Part shown: piece by piece, positions 7,755-14,261 of the stretch
Layout of the letters: the number at the start of each line of letters is the position of its first letter
Numbering within the stretch: position 1 is the stretch's first letter
Origin: a virus
Taxonomy: Duplodnaviria; Heunggongvirae; Uroviricota; Caudoviricetes
IMG/VR virus record: IMGVR_UViG_2695420487_000018
Strand: one strand, 5' to 3'
Length of the DNA stretch: 15,479 bases
Notes under the pieces: generated by a model
Database searches by the model: none
What the model saw: the letters and a program-made list of their open reading frames with translations, nothing else
Told to the model about the DNA's origin: nothing
Position numbers and translations under genes: made by a program

Positions 7755-7779
7755 AACAACGTGGAACAACCACGAACAA
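7755..7779. promoter_or_regulatory. 25-bp dyad motif AACAACGTGGAACAACCACGAACAA (core CGTGG-AACAA-CCACG) upstream of the capsid operon; a second copy lies at 14170-14194 and a half-copy at 252-266
   Basis: Exact or near-exact matches found by eye (1 mismatch between the two full copies); both lie inside runs of 10-bp-phased ACAA/TGTT. Confidence 0.55.
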
Positions 7780-7796
7780 ATAATTTACAAAACATG

Positions 7797-7820
7797 ACAA
7801 AAAGCCGGATTGCTCCGGCT
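7797..7820 (-). terminator. Rho-independent terminator ending the replication/regulatory operon
   Basis: Minus-strand RNA AGCCGGA-GCAA-UCCGGCU followed by UUUUUGU, 7 nt after the stop of the 7827..8099 gene. Confidence 0.65.
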
Positions 7821-7826
7821 GTGTGA

Positions 7827-8099
7827 TTATCTGTCCTGGTAATTTCGCCATATTTCATCACCAGCACCATCCATACCCATTTCGGCATAAGTGCGATCGA
7901 CCGCCTTTTTCAGGTCTCCGTAATTATCCGGCGGCTCCGGTGGCCTCTGTGCCTTCCTGGAACATTCCAGCCGTCGCATCGTGATGTGATGCCGTTCCTT
8001 GTCTGTCTCCACCAGTTGCATGACTTCACCCCATCGCGCCGACGCTCTCCGGTAAAAGCCTTTCGCCTCCAGTTCTTCCGCTATGCGGTCATGTACCAT
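7827..8099 (-). CDS. Small hypothetical protein (about 90 aa); possibly a PerC/ANR-like regulator (uncertain)
   Basis: Track ORF 7827..8108 starts at GTG; the ATG at 8099 has GGGGTGGGGA upstream. Motif AEELEAKGFYRRASARWGEVM is reminiscent of PerC/ANR-type proteins, from memory only. Confidence 0.55.
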   Translation of the reverse strand: MVHDRIAEELEAKGFYRRASARWGEVMQLVETDKERHHITMRRLECSRKAQRPPEPPDNYGDLKKAVDRTYAEMGMDGAGDEIWRNYQDR

Positions 8100-8111
8100 C
8101 GTCCCCACCCC

Positions 8112-8522
8112 TCAGAACGGAATATCATCACCGTAAGGGTCATCGCCTTCCGCTGGTGGCTGATTACCCTGTGTGCCTGTGGTCTTGCGTCTGTTCCCGC
8201 CAGGACGTGCCGCACGGGCACTGATTACGCTGTCTGCAATAACCTGATACCCCCGCCGCGTTTCCCCGTTCTGTCCGGTCCACTGGCTTACCTGCATCGT
8301 GCCGGATACGCTGGCAACATCGCCTTTTTGATGTTTAGCCAGGAAATCGGCCTGTTTGCCAAATGCGATAACCGATAACCATAACGTCGCCTGTCCGTCA
8401 TGTGCCTGGCTGCATGGCAGCGATACCGCCATACGCGCCAGCGTCATCGGTGTTCCCTTGCTGGTCTGTTTTACCTGCGGGTCGTCCACCAGCCGCCCGT
8501 AAGCCGCTATCTGTGCTGTCAT
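8112..8522 (-). CDS. ssb: Single-stranded DNA-binding protein
   Basis: 136-aa ORF; OB-fold-like N-terminal region, Gly/Pro/Gln-rich linker, acidic C-terminal tail ending DDIPF (SSB signature); ATGA overlap with the upstream gene. Confidence 0.85.
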   Translation of the reverse strand: MTAQIAAYGRLVDDPQVKQTSKGTPMTLARMAVSLPCSQAHDGQATLWLSVIAFGKQADFLAKHQKGDVASVSGTMQVSQWTGQNGETRRGYQVIADSVISARAARPGGNRRKTTGTQGNQPPAEGDDPYGDDIPF

Positions 8523-8770
8523 GCTGTCTGCTCTCCGGTTTTAACGTTGATGGTTGTTACCTGTTCCGCTTCGGCAATCTCCCGTTCTGTCAACGTGGCA
8601 AAGTTTGCCGCTGCTGTGGTCATGAATGCGCTTATCAGGTCGGGATGTTCCTTCGCGTATCCTTCCCCTACATGTCGGTCTATCGTTCTGATTGCCACCT
8701 TTAAGGCCAGCTCTGTTATATCTAACGCTTTATATTTCGGCTCTGTTCTGTCTCTGCGTGTTCTGGTCAT
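8519..8770 (-). CDS. Hypothetical protein (about 83 aa) immediately downstream of the origin
   Basis: Track ORF 8519..8803; the ATG at 8770 has GAGGTGG upstream, and the earlier ATG lies in the AT-rich origin. Confidence 0.5.
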   Translation of the reverse strand: MTRTRRDRTEPKYKALDITELALKVAIRTIDRHVGEGYAKEHPDLISAFMTTAAANFATLTEREIAEAEQVTTINVKTGEQTA

Positions 8771-8803
8771 TTGCCACCTCAATTTATATATATATAGAAA
8801 CAT

Positions 8804-9120
8804 GTGCGGGTTATGCGGGTTATTGGGTTATCTTAGCGTGCTAACCATTTTTTATCCTTTTATATCAGCATGTTGCAAAACGCCCTGTTTATTATTTGCT
8901 CACCACATAACCCGCAAAACGCTCAAAATAACCCGCAAACGGGGTTTTTTCTGCGGGTTACGCATGACTGTCCGGTGTTACTTCAGTTATTCGCCTGCGG
9001 GTTATAATCGTGCTTTTGCGGGTTATAAATGCCCTTTTGCGGGTTACGTGCGGGTTATTGATTTCCTTTATATTCATGCGCTTAATACACTTATACACAG
9101 GATAACCCGCATAACCCGCA
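8804..9120. repeat. Iteron-type replication origin: about 12 copies of GCGGGTTA(T/C) (8 forward, 4 reverse) plus AT-rich tracts
   Basis: Forward copies at 8806, 8815, 8953, 8997, 9018, 9039, 9050 (and degenerate 8824); reverse ATAACCCGC at 8907, 8928, 9102, 9111; AT-rich 8780-8800 and 8840-8900; directly downstream of the rep gene. Confidence 0.8.
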
Positions 9121-9142
9121 ATTTTTTTCCTCACACAGGGGA

Positions 9143-11275
9143 TTAATCTTCATCATCAGGCTGGAACATCAGCACGTAAAAAACATGCTGCTTACCCCCA
9201 ATCTTGCCCAGCGCCTTTTTTTTGTATCGGCGATCGCTTCCCTTCTCCAGCATTCCGGCAGCATCCAGGGCACGCGCAAAATGCGCCGGATTAAATCCCT
9301 TCGCTATCTCACTCTCAAACACGTGCGGGAACGTGTAATAGCGCATCTCGTCATCTTCGTTGCGAATGCTCCCTTTTCTGTATCCGGCAAGCTCTTTAAT
9401 CGGTAAATCACGCTCATCTGTATTGGGGTACGGAAGGTAGCGGCTAAACCCAAACGACGACAAAAACGCCTCAGCCTGTTCAACCATCTGTTTAAATTCC
9501 CTGTTACCTGTGCCGAACTCCTTCACCCAGGCATTAAAGTTATGCTGTATCGCGTCGCGGCATTCCTGCACGACCCAGCCAGTTACATGACCGGAAAGCA
9601 CAAGCGCGGCCTCCAGTATGGCGAAACGTTCACCCACGCGGTGGACCTGCTCGCCGTAACTCTCCGGTATCAGGTTGCGCCACCGTTCGCGGCATTCCCT
9701 TACCGTGTCCTTTGCCTCCTGCTGGTGGCCTGCCAGCCATTTAACCCACTCACGACCCGCCGCCCCGTGATTTGCTGTCCAGGCATCCTTTAACGCGTCA
9801 GCATGTTCCTTACCGTTGCTGTATTCGTGAAATTTCGTGGCTTTTTCCATCGGAACGTTAAGCAGTCGGACAAGCTGCCCCGCCTTAACTTTTATCCCCT
9901 CACTTTTGAGGAATGTCTCAACGTCCATTTCTCCGGTGCTGATTGCCACCGTTCGCCAGTGTTTGATCTCCCTGTTGCCGCCATCCTTCGCCCCCTGCAA
10001 TTTCCCTGAACCGTTAAACAGCGTATAAGCAGACGTTGACACTTCCCGCGCATTTCCGGCCTGGCCTATCTCATCCAGTGGTAAAAGCCCGTCATTATGG
10101 GCCTCGGCCTCATTGGCAATACCTAACGCCGTGCCGTACCAGGTCAGCCGCTGCGCGTCCGGCTCTCCCCATAAACTTGATGCGATGTTCTGCGTGGTGG
10201 TCTTACCTGCCGATGACTGTTCGAAAAGATGCACCCCGAAGCCGTCAGCACCCACAAGGCCAATTAAAGGCGCTGCCAGTGACGTTGCCACACCCAGTAT
10301 CATTGAGGCATTACCGCCAGCCAGCCGCGCCACGCTGTCGCGCCAGCCATCCGCCGTGCCCGCCACGGAATAACCGTTAATCGCGGCGCTTTTTCCGGTA
10401 AACAGGATCGGTTTTTCAGATTCACCAATGATCGAACCGTCCGGCATGATGTACGCGCCAAAATGCCAGCCCGTTGTTGTGCTTAACTGCCATTCCTCAT
10501 GGCTTCCGCTTAACTGCATCCAGTCCGCCAGGATTGCCCTGTATTTGCCGTTGGTTGTCACGTTCAGCCCGTGATCTTTAAGTAACCGCCAGCCGTCACG
10601 GTCGCCGATACCACCACACGGGATCGCCATTGTGATGACTTTATGGTTTGCGGTTTTTTTCCAGCGCATCACGCGGTAATGCTCTTTACCGATCGTCCCC
10701 GTTCCCAGTAGTTCAAGCGGAGAACATAACCACGTCTCAGGCCGGATAATTTCGCCTGACTGCTTATCCACTTTGGGCGTTACCCAGAAAACACCATCGG
10801 CGCGACTTTCAACGCGTGGCTTTAATTCGTCATCGCTATGGCTTCCGGTATCTTTTTTCTTTACCGGAAACTCAATAACCAGACCATCAGAAAGATTCTG
10901 CCGCTCACGGGCCAGATATTCGCGCCAGTTCTCCACCTTCTGACCGTGCATTCCTTCGGGGTAAAAATTTGCGTCCTGAATATCTGCCGCCGCCAGCTTC
11001 TGACCAATCTTTTTGGTCTCCACCAAATCCAGTTCTCCGGCCTGGTACAGCCTTACGCGTTTTTTTCCATCCGGAACAATTTTCAGCGCATCAAGTTCGG
11101 CAAGCTGATTTGGCCCAAGCCACACAGGCGGAACATTATCGCCGGATGCGGGGCCATCCTGCTCCTGCCATTGTTTCGCGTGCGACCAGGCATCACTACC
11201 CGCGAAAATAATTACCTCTGTGTCTTTGTGTTTTATTCCGCGTGGCTGTTTTTTTACGTTCGGTGCCAGTTTCAT
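9143..11275 (-). CDS. Replication initiator, primase/helicase-type (P-loop NTPase; DUF927/D5-like family suspected)
   Basis: 710-aa ORF; Walker A-like FEQSSAGKTT; position immediately upstream of the iterons matches pri-rep genes of satellites. Confidence 0.8.
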   Translation of the reverse strand: MKLAPNVKKQPRGIKHKDTEVIIFAGSDAWSHAKQWQEQDGPASGDNVPPVWLGPNQLAELDALKIVPDGKKRVRLYQAGELDLVETKKIGQKLAAADIQDANFYPEGMHGQKVENWREYLARERQNLSDGLVIEFPVKKKDTGSHSDDELKPRVESRADGVFWVTPKVDKQSGEIIRPETWLCSPLELLGTGTIGKEHYRVMRWKKTANHKVITMAIPCGGIGDRDGWRLLKDHGLNVTTNGKYRAILADWMQLSGSHEEWQLSTTTGWHFGAYIMPDGSIIGESEKPILFTGKSAAINGYSVAGTADGWRDSVARLAGGNASMILGVATSLAAPLIGLVGADGFGVHLFEQSSAGKTTTQNIASSLWGEPDAQRLTWYGTALGIANEAEAHNDGLLPLDEIGQAGNAREVSTSAYTLFNGSGKLQGAKDGGNREIKHWRTVAISTGEMDVETFLKSEGIKVKAGQLVRLLNVPMEKATKFHEYSNGKEHADALKDAWTANHGAAGREWVKWLAGHQQEAKDTVRECRERWRNLIPESYGEQVHRVGERFAILEAALVLSGHVTGWVVQECRDAIQHNFNAWVKEFGTGNREFKQMVEQAEAFLSSFGFSRYLPYPNTDERDLPIKELAGYRKGSIRNEDDEMRYYTFPHVFESEIAKGFNPAHFARALDAAGMLEKGSDRRYKKKALGKIGGKQHVFYVLMFQPDDED

Positions 11276-11571
11276 TTCTTACCCCTGAATACGTTAAGCA
11301 TCTTTTTTATTTCCTGAATATTGGCGCGTGCTTTCTCCCTGCTGGTTGGTTTACTGCGGGGCGCTGCCTGTACCAGAGAAAAATCACGCCGGAACTGATA
11401 AACAGGCATCACGCAATCATATTCGTAGCCTTCACGATGGTAGGTTACGCGCCGTTCCTCCACGCCCTTAATCATTACCGTGCCGCCGTACTGGTCGCGG
11501 TAAATATCCCCGCGCATGAATTTAGTGCGAGTTTTGCCGCTGTCAGTTAAGCCAGGATATTTAAGTTTCAT
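11272..11571 (-). CDS. Hypothetical protein (99 aa)
   Basis: ORF ends overlapping the rep start; GGGGA upstream of the ATG. Confidence 0.55.
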   Translation of the reverse strand: MKLKYPGLTDSGKTRTKFMRGDIYRDQYGGTVMIKGVEERRVTYHREGYEYDCVMPVYQFRRDFSLVQAAPRSKPTSREKARANIQEIKKMLNVFRGKK

Positions 11572-11576
11572 TATTT

Positions 11577-11840
11577 TTATTCCCCGATAGCGTGACCTGA
11601 TAAGCCGTTAATCTTCTCTGATATGCTCTCTATTTTGCTGGTTGAACTATCCAGTAATTCAGAAACGGCTAATATTAATCTTGCAGTTGATTCATCGCGT
11701 TCATTATTCACCAGCGACTGAAGCCACATATTCATTACTTCGTTTGCTGCGTTGTTTAAAGATATTGCGCTGTTGGCAAGGCTTCTTAATTCACTGGTCG
11801 CCAGTTTATTATTTTTCATAGCGTTCGGCTCTCTCATCAA
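11577..11840 (-). CDS. Hypothetical small helical protein (80-87 aa), AT-rich gene
   Basis: ORF track; alternative start at 11819; local GC visibly lower than the island average. Confidence 0.5.
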   Translation of the reverse strand: MMREPNAMKNNKLATSELRSLANSAISLNNAANEVMNMWLQSLVNNERDESTARLILAVSELLDSSTSKIESISEKINGLSGHAIGE

Positions 11841-12000
11841 TTAACCACAGCGCAACACTTCCTGACAGTTTTGCCAGAAGGCCAGCTAATGCGGATATAT
11901 CACCATCATTTAATTTATCAGGGTATACCTCAAGAAGGCGGCAAATAATTTCTGTCTGGTGCGCACGTTCAGCGGCTTCGTGTAATGTAATTTCCTTCAT
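11809..12000 (-). CDS. Hypothetical small protein (63 aa), AT-rich gene
   Basis: ATG at 12000 overlaps the upstream gene stop (TAATG). Confidence 0.5.
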   Translation of the reverse strand: MKEITLHEAAERAHQTEIICRLLEVYPDKLNDGDISALAGLLAKLSGSVALWLIDERAERYEK

Positions 12001-12185
12001 TAATGCACCTCTTTTAATTCATACACTGCTGAAATAATGACTTGTGATAAGCCATATTCTGATGATTCGCTTCTCACCGCAGCAATAGCCGTCTGAACAT
12101 TAACAGCCTTCACATTCTGAGCGATACCAATTGTGTGGCCTAGTGGGTTAACAGCGCTGGCAAATACACGGAAGGTTTTAAGCAC
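12000..12185 (-). CDS. Hypothetical small protein (about 62 aa)
   Basis: Track ORF 12000..12215 begins at TTG; the GTG at 12185 has AGGGGG 7 nt upstream and overlaps the upstream stop. Confidence 0.4.
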   Translation of the reverse strand: MLKTFRVFASAVNPLGHTIGIAQNVKAVNVQTAIAAVRSESSEYGLSQVIISAVYELKEVH

Positions 12186-12642
12186 GGCACACCCCCTGAC
12201 GAATACGGGCGACAAAAATCAGATGTGCGTGCGGCAGCTGGGCGCGGGCTTCGCGTTCAGTGGCTGCGGTAACGGTGTAAATATCAATGCTGCTGTGGTG
12301 GCACTGCATAAAGCGCCAGACAAAGTAAGGGCGTGCGGATACAGCCATGTGAAAGGCTCCCAGATGAATTTTAAGGAGTCTCGCTACTACGCTGCTAAAC
12401 ATGGTGGCGAGACGTAACAGGGTTAGCAGACTGGTCATCTGGAAACCAGCGAGCACAAAGGCTCCCCCGTTACGCCCCGCCATAATGCGGGTATGGGTAG
12501 GTTTACGGACACAAAAAAACCGCTTATCGGATGTGGGCGGCTGTCCGCCAGATGTATTCAGGCTGCTAAACCCGGTCGCCATGTGGGCGACGGGGGAAGC
12601 ATACAGCCCCGTGATAATTTTTTGCAAGCGGTTTTTACGCAT
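12178..12642 (-). CDS. Hypothetical protein; C-terminal about 55 aa paralogous to the 12635..12907 product
   Basis: Track ORF 12178..12684; ATG at 12642. C-terminal motifs FVWRF, TEREAR, ARIRQG are shared with the upstream gene, with third-position differences (GTC/GTG, CGC/CGT). Confidence 0.45.
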   Translation of the reverse strand: MRKNRLQKIITGLYASPVAHMATGFSSLNTSGGQPPTSDKRFFCVRKPTHTRIMAGRNGGAFVLAGFQMTSLLTLLRLATMFSSVVARLLKIHLGAFHMAVSARPYFVWRFMQCHHSSIDIYTVTAATEREARAQLPHAHLIFVARIRQGVCRA

Positions 12643-12907
12643 GATGTGACCCCTGACGAATACGGGCGGCAAATACAGCAACACAACCTGACGGGCAACG
12701 GCTACGCGCTTCGCGTTCCGTCCAGGCGGTTACGTGGATGATTTGAGATTCTCCGGCACTCAGTGCCAGAAAACGCCACACAAAGGCCGTTTGTGTGTGT
12801 ACAAGGTGTGGTATATGATTTACAGCAACCATAACGGCTCCTAGTTTACGTTGTTGGTTAGAAGCCCTGCGAGTGGTAACGACACTTGCGGGGCTTTGTC
12901 TTTTCAT
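12635..12907 (-). CDS. Hypothetical small protein (65-90 aa), first gene of the leftward operon; paralog of the next gene's C-terminal domain
   Basis: ATG at 12907 (AAGG upstream) or 12832 (AGGAG 5 nt upstream); same conserved motifs as the downstream paralog. Confidence 0.5.
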   Translation of the reverse strand: MKRQSPASVVTTRRASNQQRKLGAVMVAVNHIPHLVHTQTAFVWRFLALSAGESQIIHVTAWTEREARSRCPSGCVAVFAARIRQGSHHA

Positions 12908-12923
12908 CGATTACCTTGATAAA

Positions 12924-13006
12924 GGTGTCAGCCACTATATTAGTAACGGGTGTCAGCCACGTCAATAGTGTTTTTCCGTTTTCTTGTGTGTATACTGTCA
13001 GCCACC
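12924..13006. promoter_or_regulatory. Divergent promoter/operator region: leftward promoter TTGACG-N17-TAATAT (minus strand), rightward -10 TATACT, and three direct repeats TGTCAGCCAC
   Basis: Minus-strand -35 is rc of 12960-12965 and -10 is rc of 12937-12942 with a 17-nt spacer. Repeats at 12926-12935, 12951-12960 and 12996-13005 overlap promoter elements on both strands. Confidence 0.6.
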
Positions 13007-13026
13007 TAATAACGAGGAAATCAGAT

Positions 13027-13206
13027 ATGGCAACAAAAGCAGTTAATGCAAAATCCAAAAAGCTTGAGGCTCGAGTACCACACGCAATAGCTGATGCTGT
13101 AGAAAATTTAAAGGAAGATGGCGAAAGTACAGGGCAATTTATCGTTTCGGCACTTGAAGGCGAGATCAAACGCCGCCAGCGCCGCAAGGCCAAAGAATCA
13201 GAATAA
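13027..13206 (+). CDS. Small DNA-binding protein, ribbon-helix-helix-like (59 aa); candidate regulator of the switch
   Basis: GAGGA 8 nt upstream of the ATG; pattern KKLEARVPHAIADAVENLKEDGESTGQFIVSALEGEI fits a beta-strand plus two helices; basic C-terminal tail. Confidence 0.55.
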   Translation: MATKAVNAKSKKLEARVPHAIADAVENLKEDGESTGQFIVSALEGEIKRRQRRKAKESE

Positions 13207-13248
13207 TCACTATCAGCGCCGTGGTGTGAGGTATTACGGCGCATTGCT

Positions 13249-13437
13249 ATGCAGGACAACACAATGACCGATAAAGAATTGACCAAAACATTATCACCGG
13301 CACGGAAAAGACGGCGCAGAAAGATAGAGCATGAATCAGAAAGATTCGCACCATGTGCTTTTGCCCTTGAGCAATTCCTTAAAGAGTACAGGGAAAAGCG
13401 CTCATTGCAGGTATGGCAACGAACTGAACCAGACTGA
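13249..13437 (+). CDS. Possible small basic protein (62 aa)
   Basis: ORF between the RHH-like gene and the plus-strand terminator; no convincing SD. Confidence 0.25.
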   Translation: MQDNTMTDKELTKTLSPARKRRRRKIEHESERFAPCAFALEQFLKEYREKRSLQVWQRTEPD

Positions 13438-13532
13438 TTGCATTGCCCACCAGCCTGATAGCGGCTATCATCCCCGTGCTTATGTTTGGGATCACACACA
13501 CAAACGGCGCAGCGGGTTATCTGTTCAGAAAG

Positions 13533-13560
13533 GCGGCTCCATTTCGGGGCCGCTTTTTTT
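13533..13560 (+). terminator. Rho-independent terminator of the rightward unit
   Basis: GCGGCTCC-ATTTC-GGGGCCGC (8-bp stem with one G-U) followed by TTTTTTT. Confidence 0.7.
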
Positions 13561-13706
13561 ATACCTGAAAAACCCCAATTTTGTTGTTTTTCAGTTTCAC
13601 CAGGGCGAACGAATCCCCGCCCACGTTCTGGCGTATATTCAATCTTCATGGTTATAGCTCTGTGTTCAGATGATTGATGTGTGGCGGCTGCGTGCCGCCA
13701 GCGTGA

Positions 13707-13895
13707 TTAATGAACTGCCTTGCAGCTATCCTTCCAGGCCAGAACCTCGGATAAAGACCAGCCAACGGAACGACCGCCAAGTTTACGACGTGATGGGAAT
13801 TGTCCGGCCTTTTCCAGGCGGTAGCGACACGTACGGCTAAGGCCGGTTAGTTTTTCGCATTCTTTTTCACGTATAAACCGATCAGTGCTTAACAC
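13707..13895 (-). CDS. alpA: AlpA-family transcriptional regulator (excisionase-like HTH)
   Basis: 62-aa ORF ...KECEKLTGLSRTCRYRLEKAGQFPSRRKLGGRSVGWSLSEVLAWK... matches the AlpA pattern; GTG start with AGGGGGG 6 nt upstream; sits next to int. Confidence 0.8.
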   Translation of the reverse strand: MLSTDRFIREKECEKLTGLSRTCRYRLEKAGQFPSRRKLGGRSVGWSLSEVLAWKDSCKAVH

Positions 13896-14047
13896 TATTG
13901 CCCCCCCTTTCGTTTCTTAAAGAGTCATCAGGTGTCTTATTGTGTCGTATTGTTCCCGCTAGAGTGATGAATGGCAAATATTGAGGATGTATGATTTACA
14001 GAAAATGAAACAGTAAGAATAAAATCTTTTAAATTCATGTTAATACA

Positions 14048-14094
14048 AAGGCATAAAATATTGTTTCATGCCTTTTTTCTCGCTCTTTAAAGAG
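14048..14094. other. Hairpin AAGGCAT-N13-ATGCCTT followed by TTTTCT on the plus strand, then a perfect 12-bp palindrome CTCTTTAAAGAG (14083-14094)
   Basis: Read directly from the sequence; lies between int and alpA; the strand on which it would terminate is ambiguous. Confidence 0.4.
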
Positions 14095-14169
14095 TGATTC
14101 GCTAGTGTATAAAAAACCAGTGACACATTAAAAATCAGCCACTTATAAATCTGTATGCTTTTTCGCCTC

Positions 14170-14220
14170 TTGTTCGTGGTTGTTCCACATTGTTGCTCAT
14201 TGTTGCACGTTGTATCTGTT
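14170..14220. promoter_or_regulatory. Second copy of the 25-bp dyad motif (rc AACAATGTGGAACAACCACGAACAA) within five 10-bp-phased TGTT units, upstream of alpA
   Basis: 14171-14220 reads tgttcgtggt/tgttccacat/tgttgctcat/tgttgcacgt/tgtatctgtt; one mismatch relative to the 7755-7779 copy. Confidence 0.55.
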
Positions 14221-14261
14221 CGCATATACAGTATGCGCATACTGAAAAAACACGAAAAAAA

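Noticed and set aside
8400-9146. 248-aa plus-strand ORF spanning the intergenic region between rep and the downstream gene
   Set aside because: It runs through the iteron repeats and AT-rich origin, is Cys/Leu-rich with low complexity, has no RBS and overlaps minus-strand genes; an artefact of the repeats.
12858-13649. 263-aa minus-strand ORF covering the divergent promoter and the plus-strand small genes
   Set aside because: Spans a promoter/operator region and a terminator, has Ser/Cys-rich low-complexity translation, and conflicts with the well-supported RHH-like gene on the opposite strand.
13683-13701. Hairpin TGGCGGC-TGCGT-GCCGCCA just after the alpA stop as an intrinsic terminator
   Set aside because: No U-run follows on either strand; possibly a protein-binding or RNA-stability element, but not supportable as a terminator.
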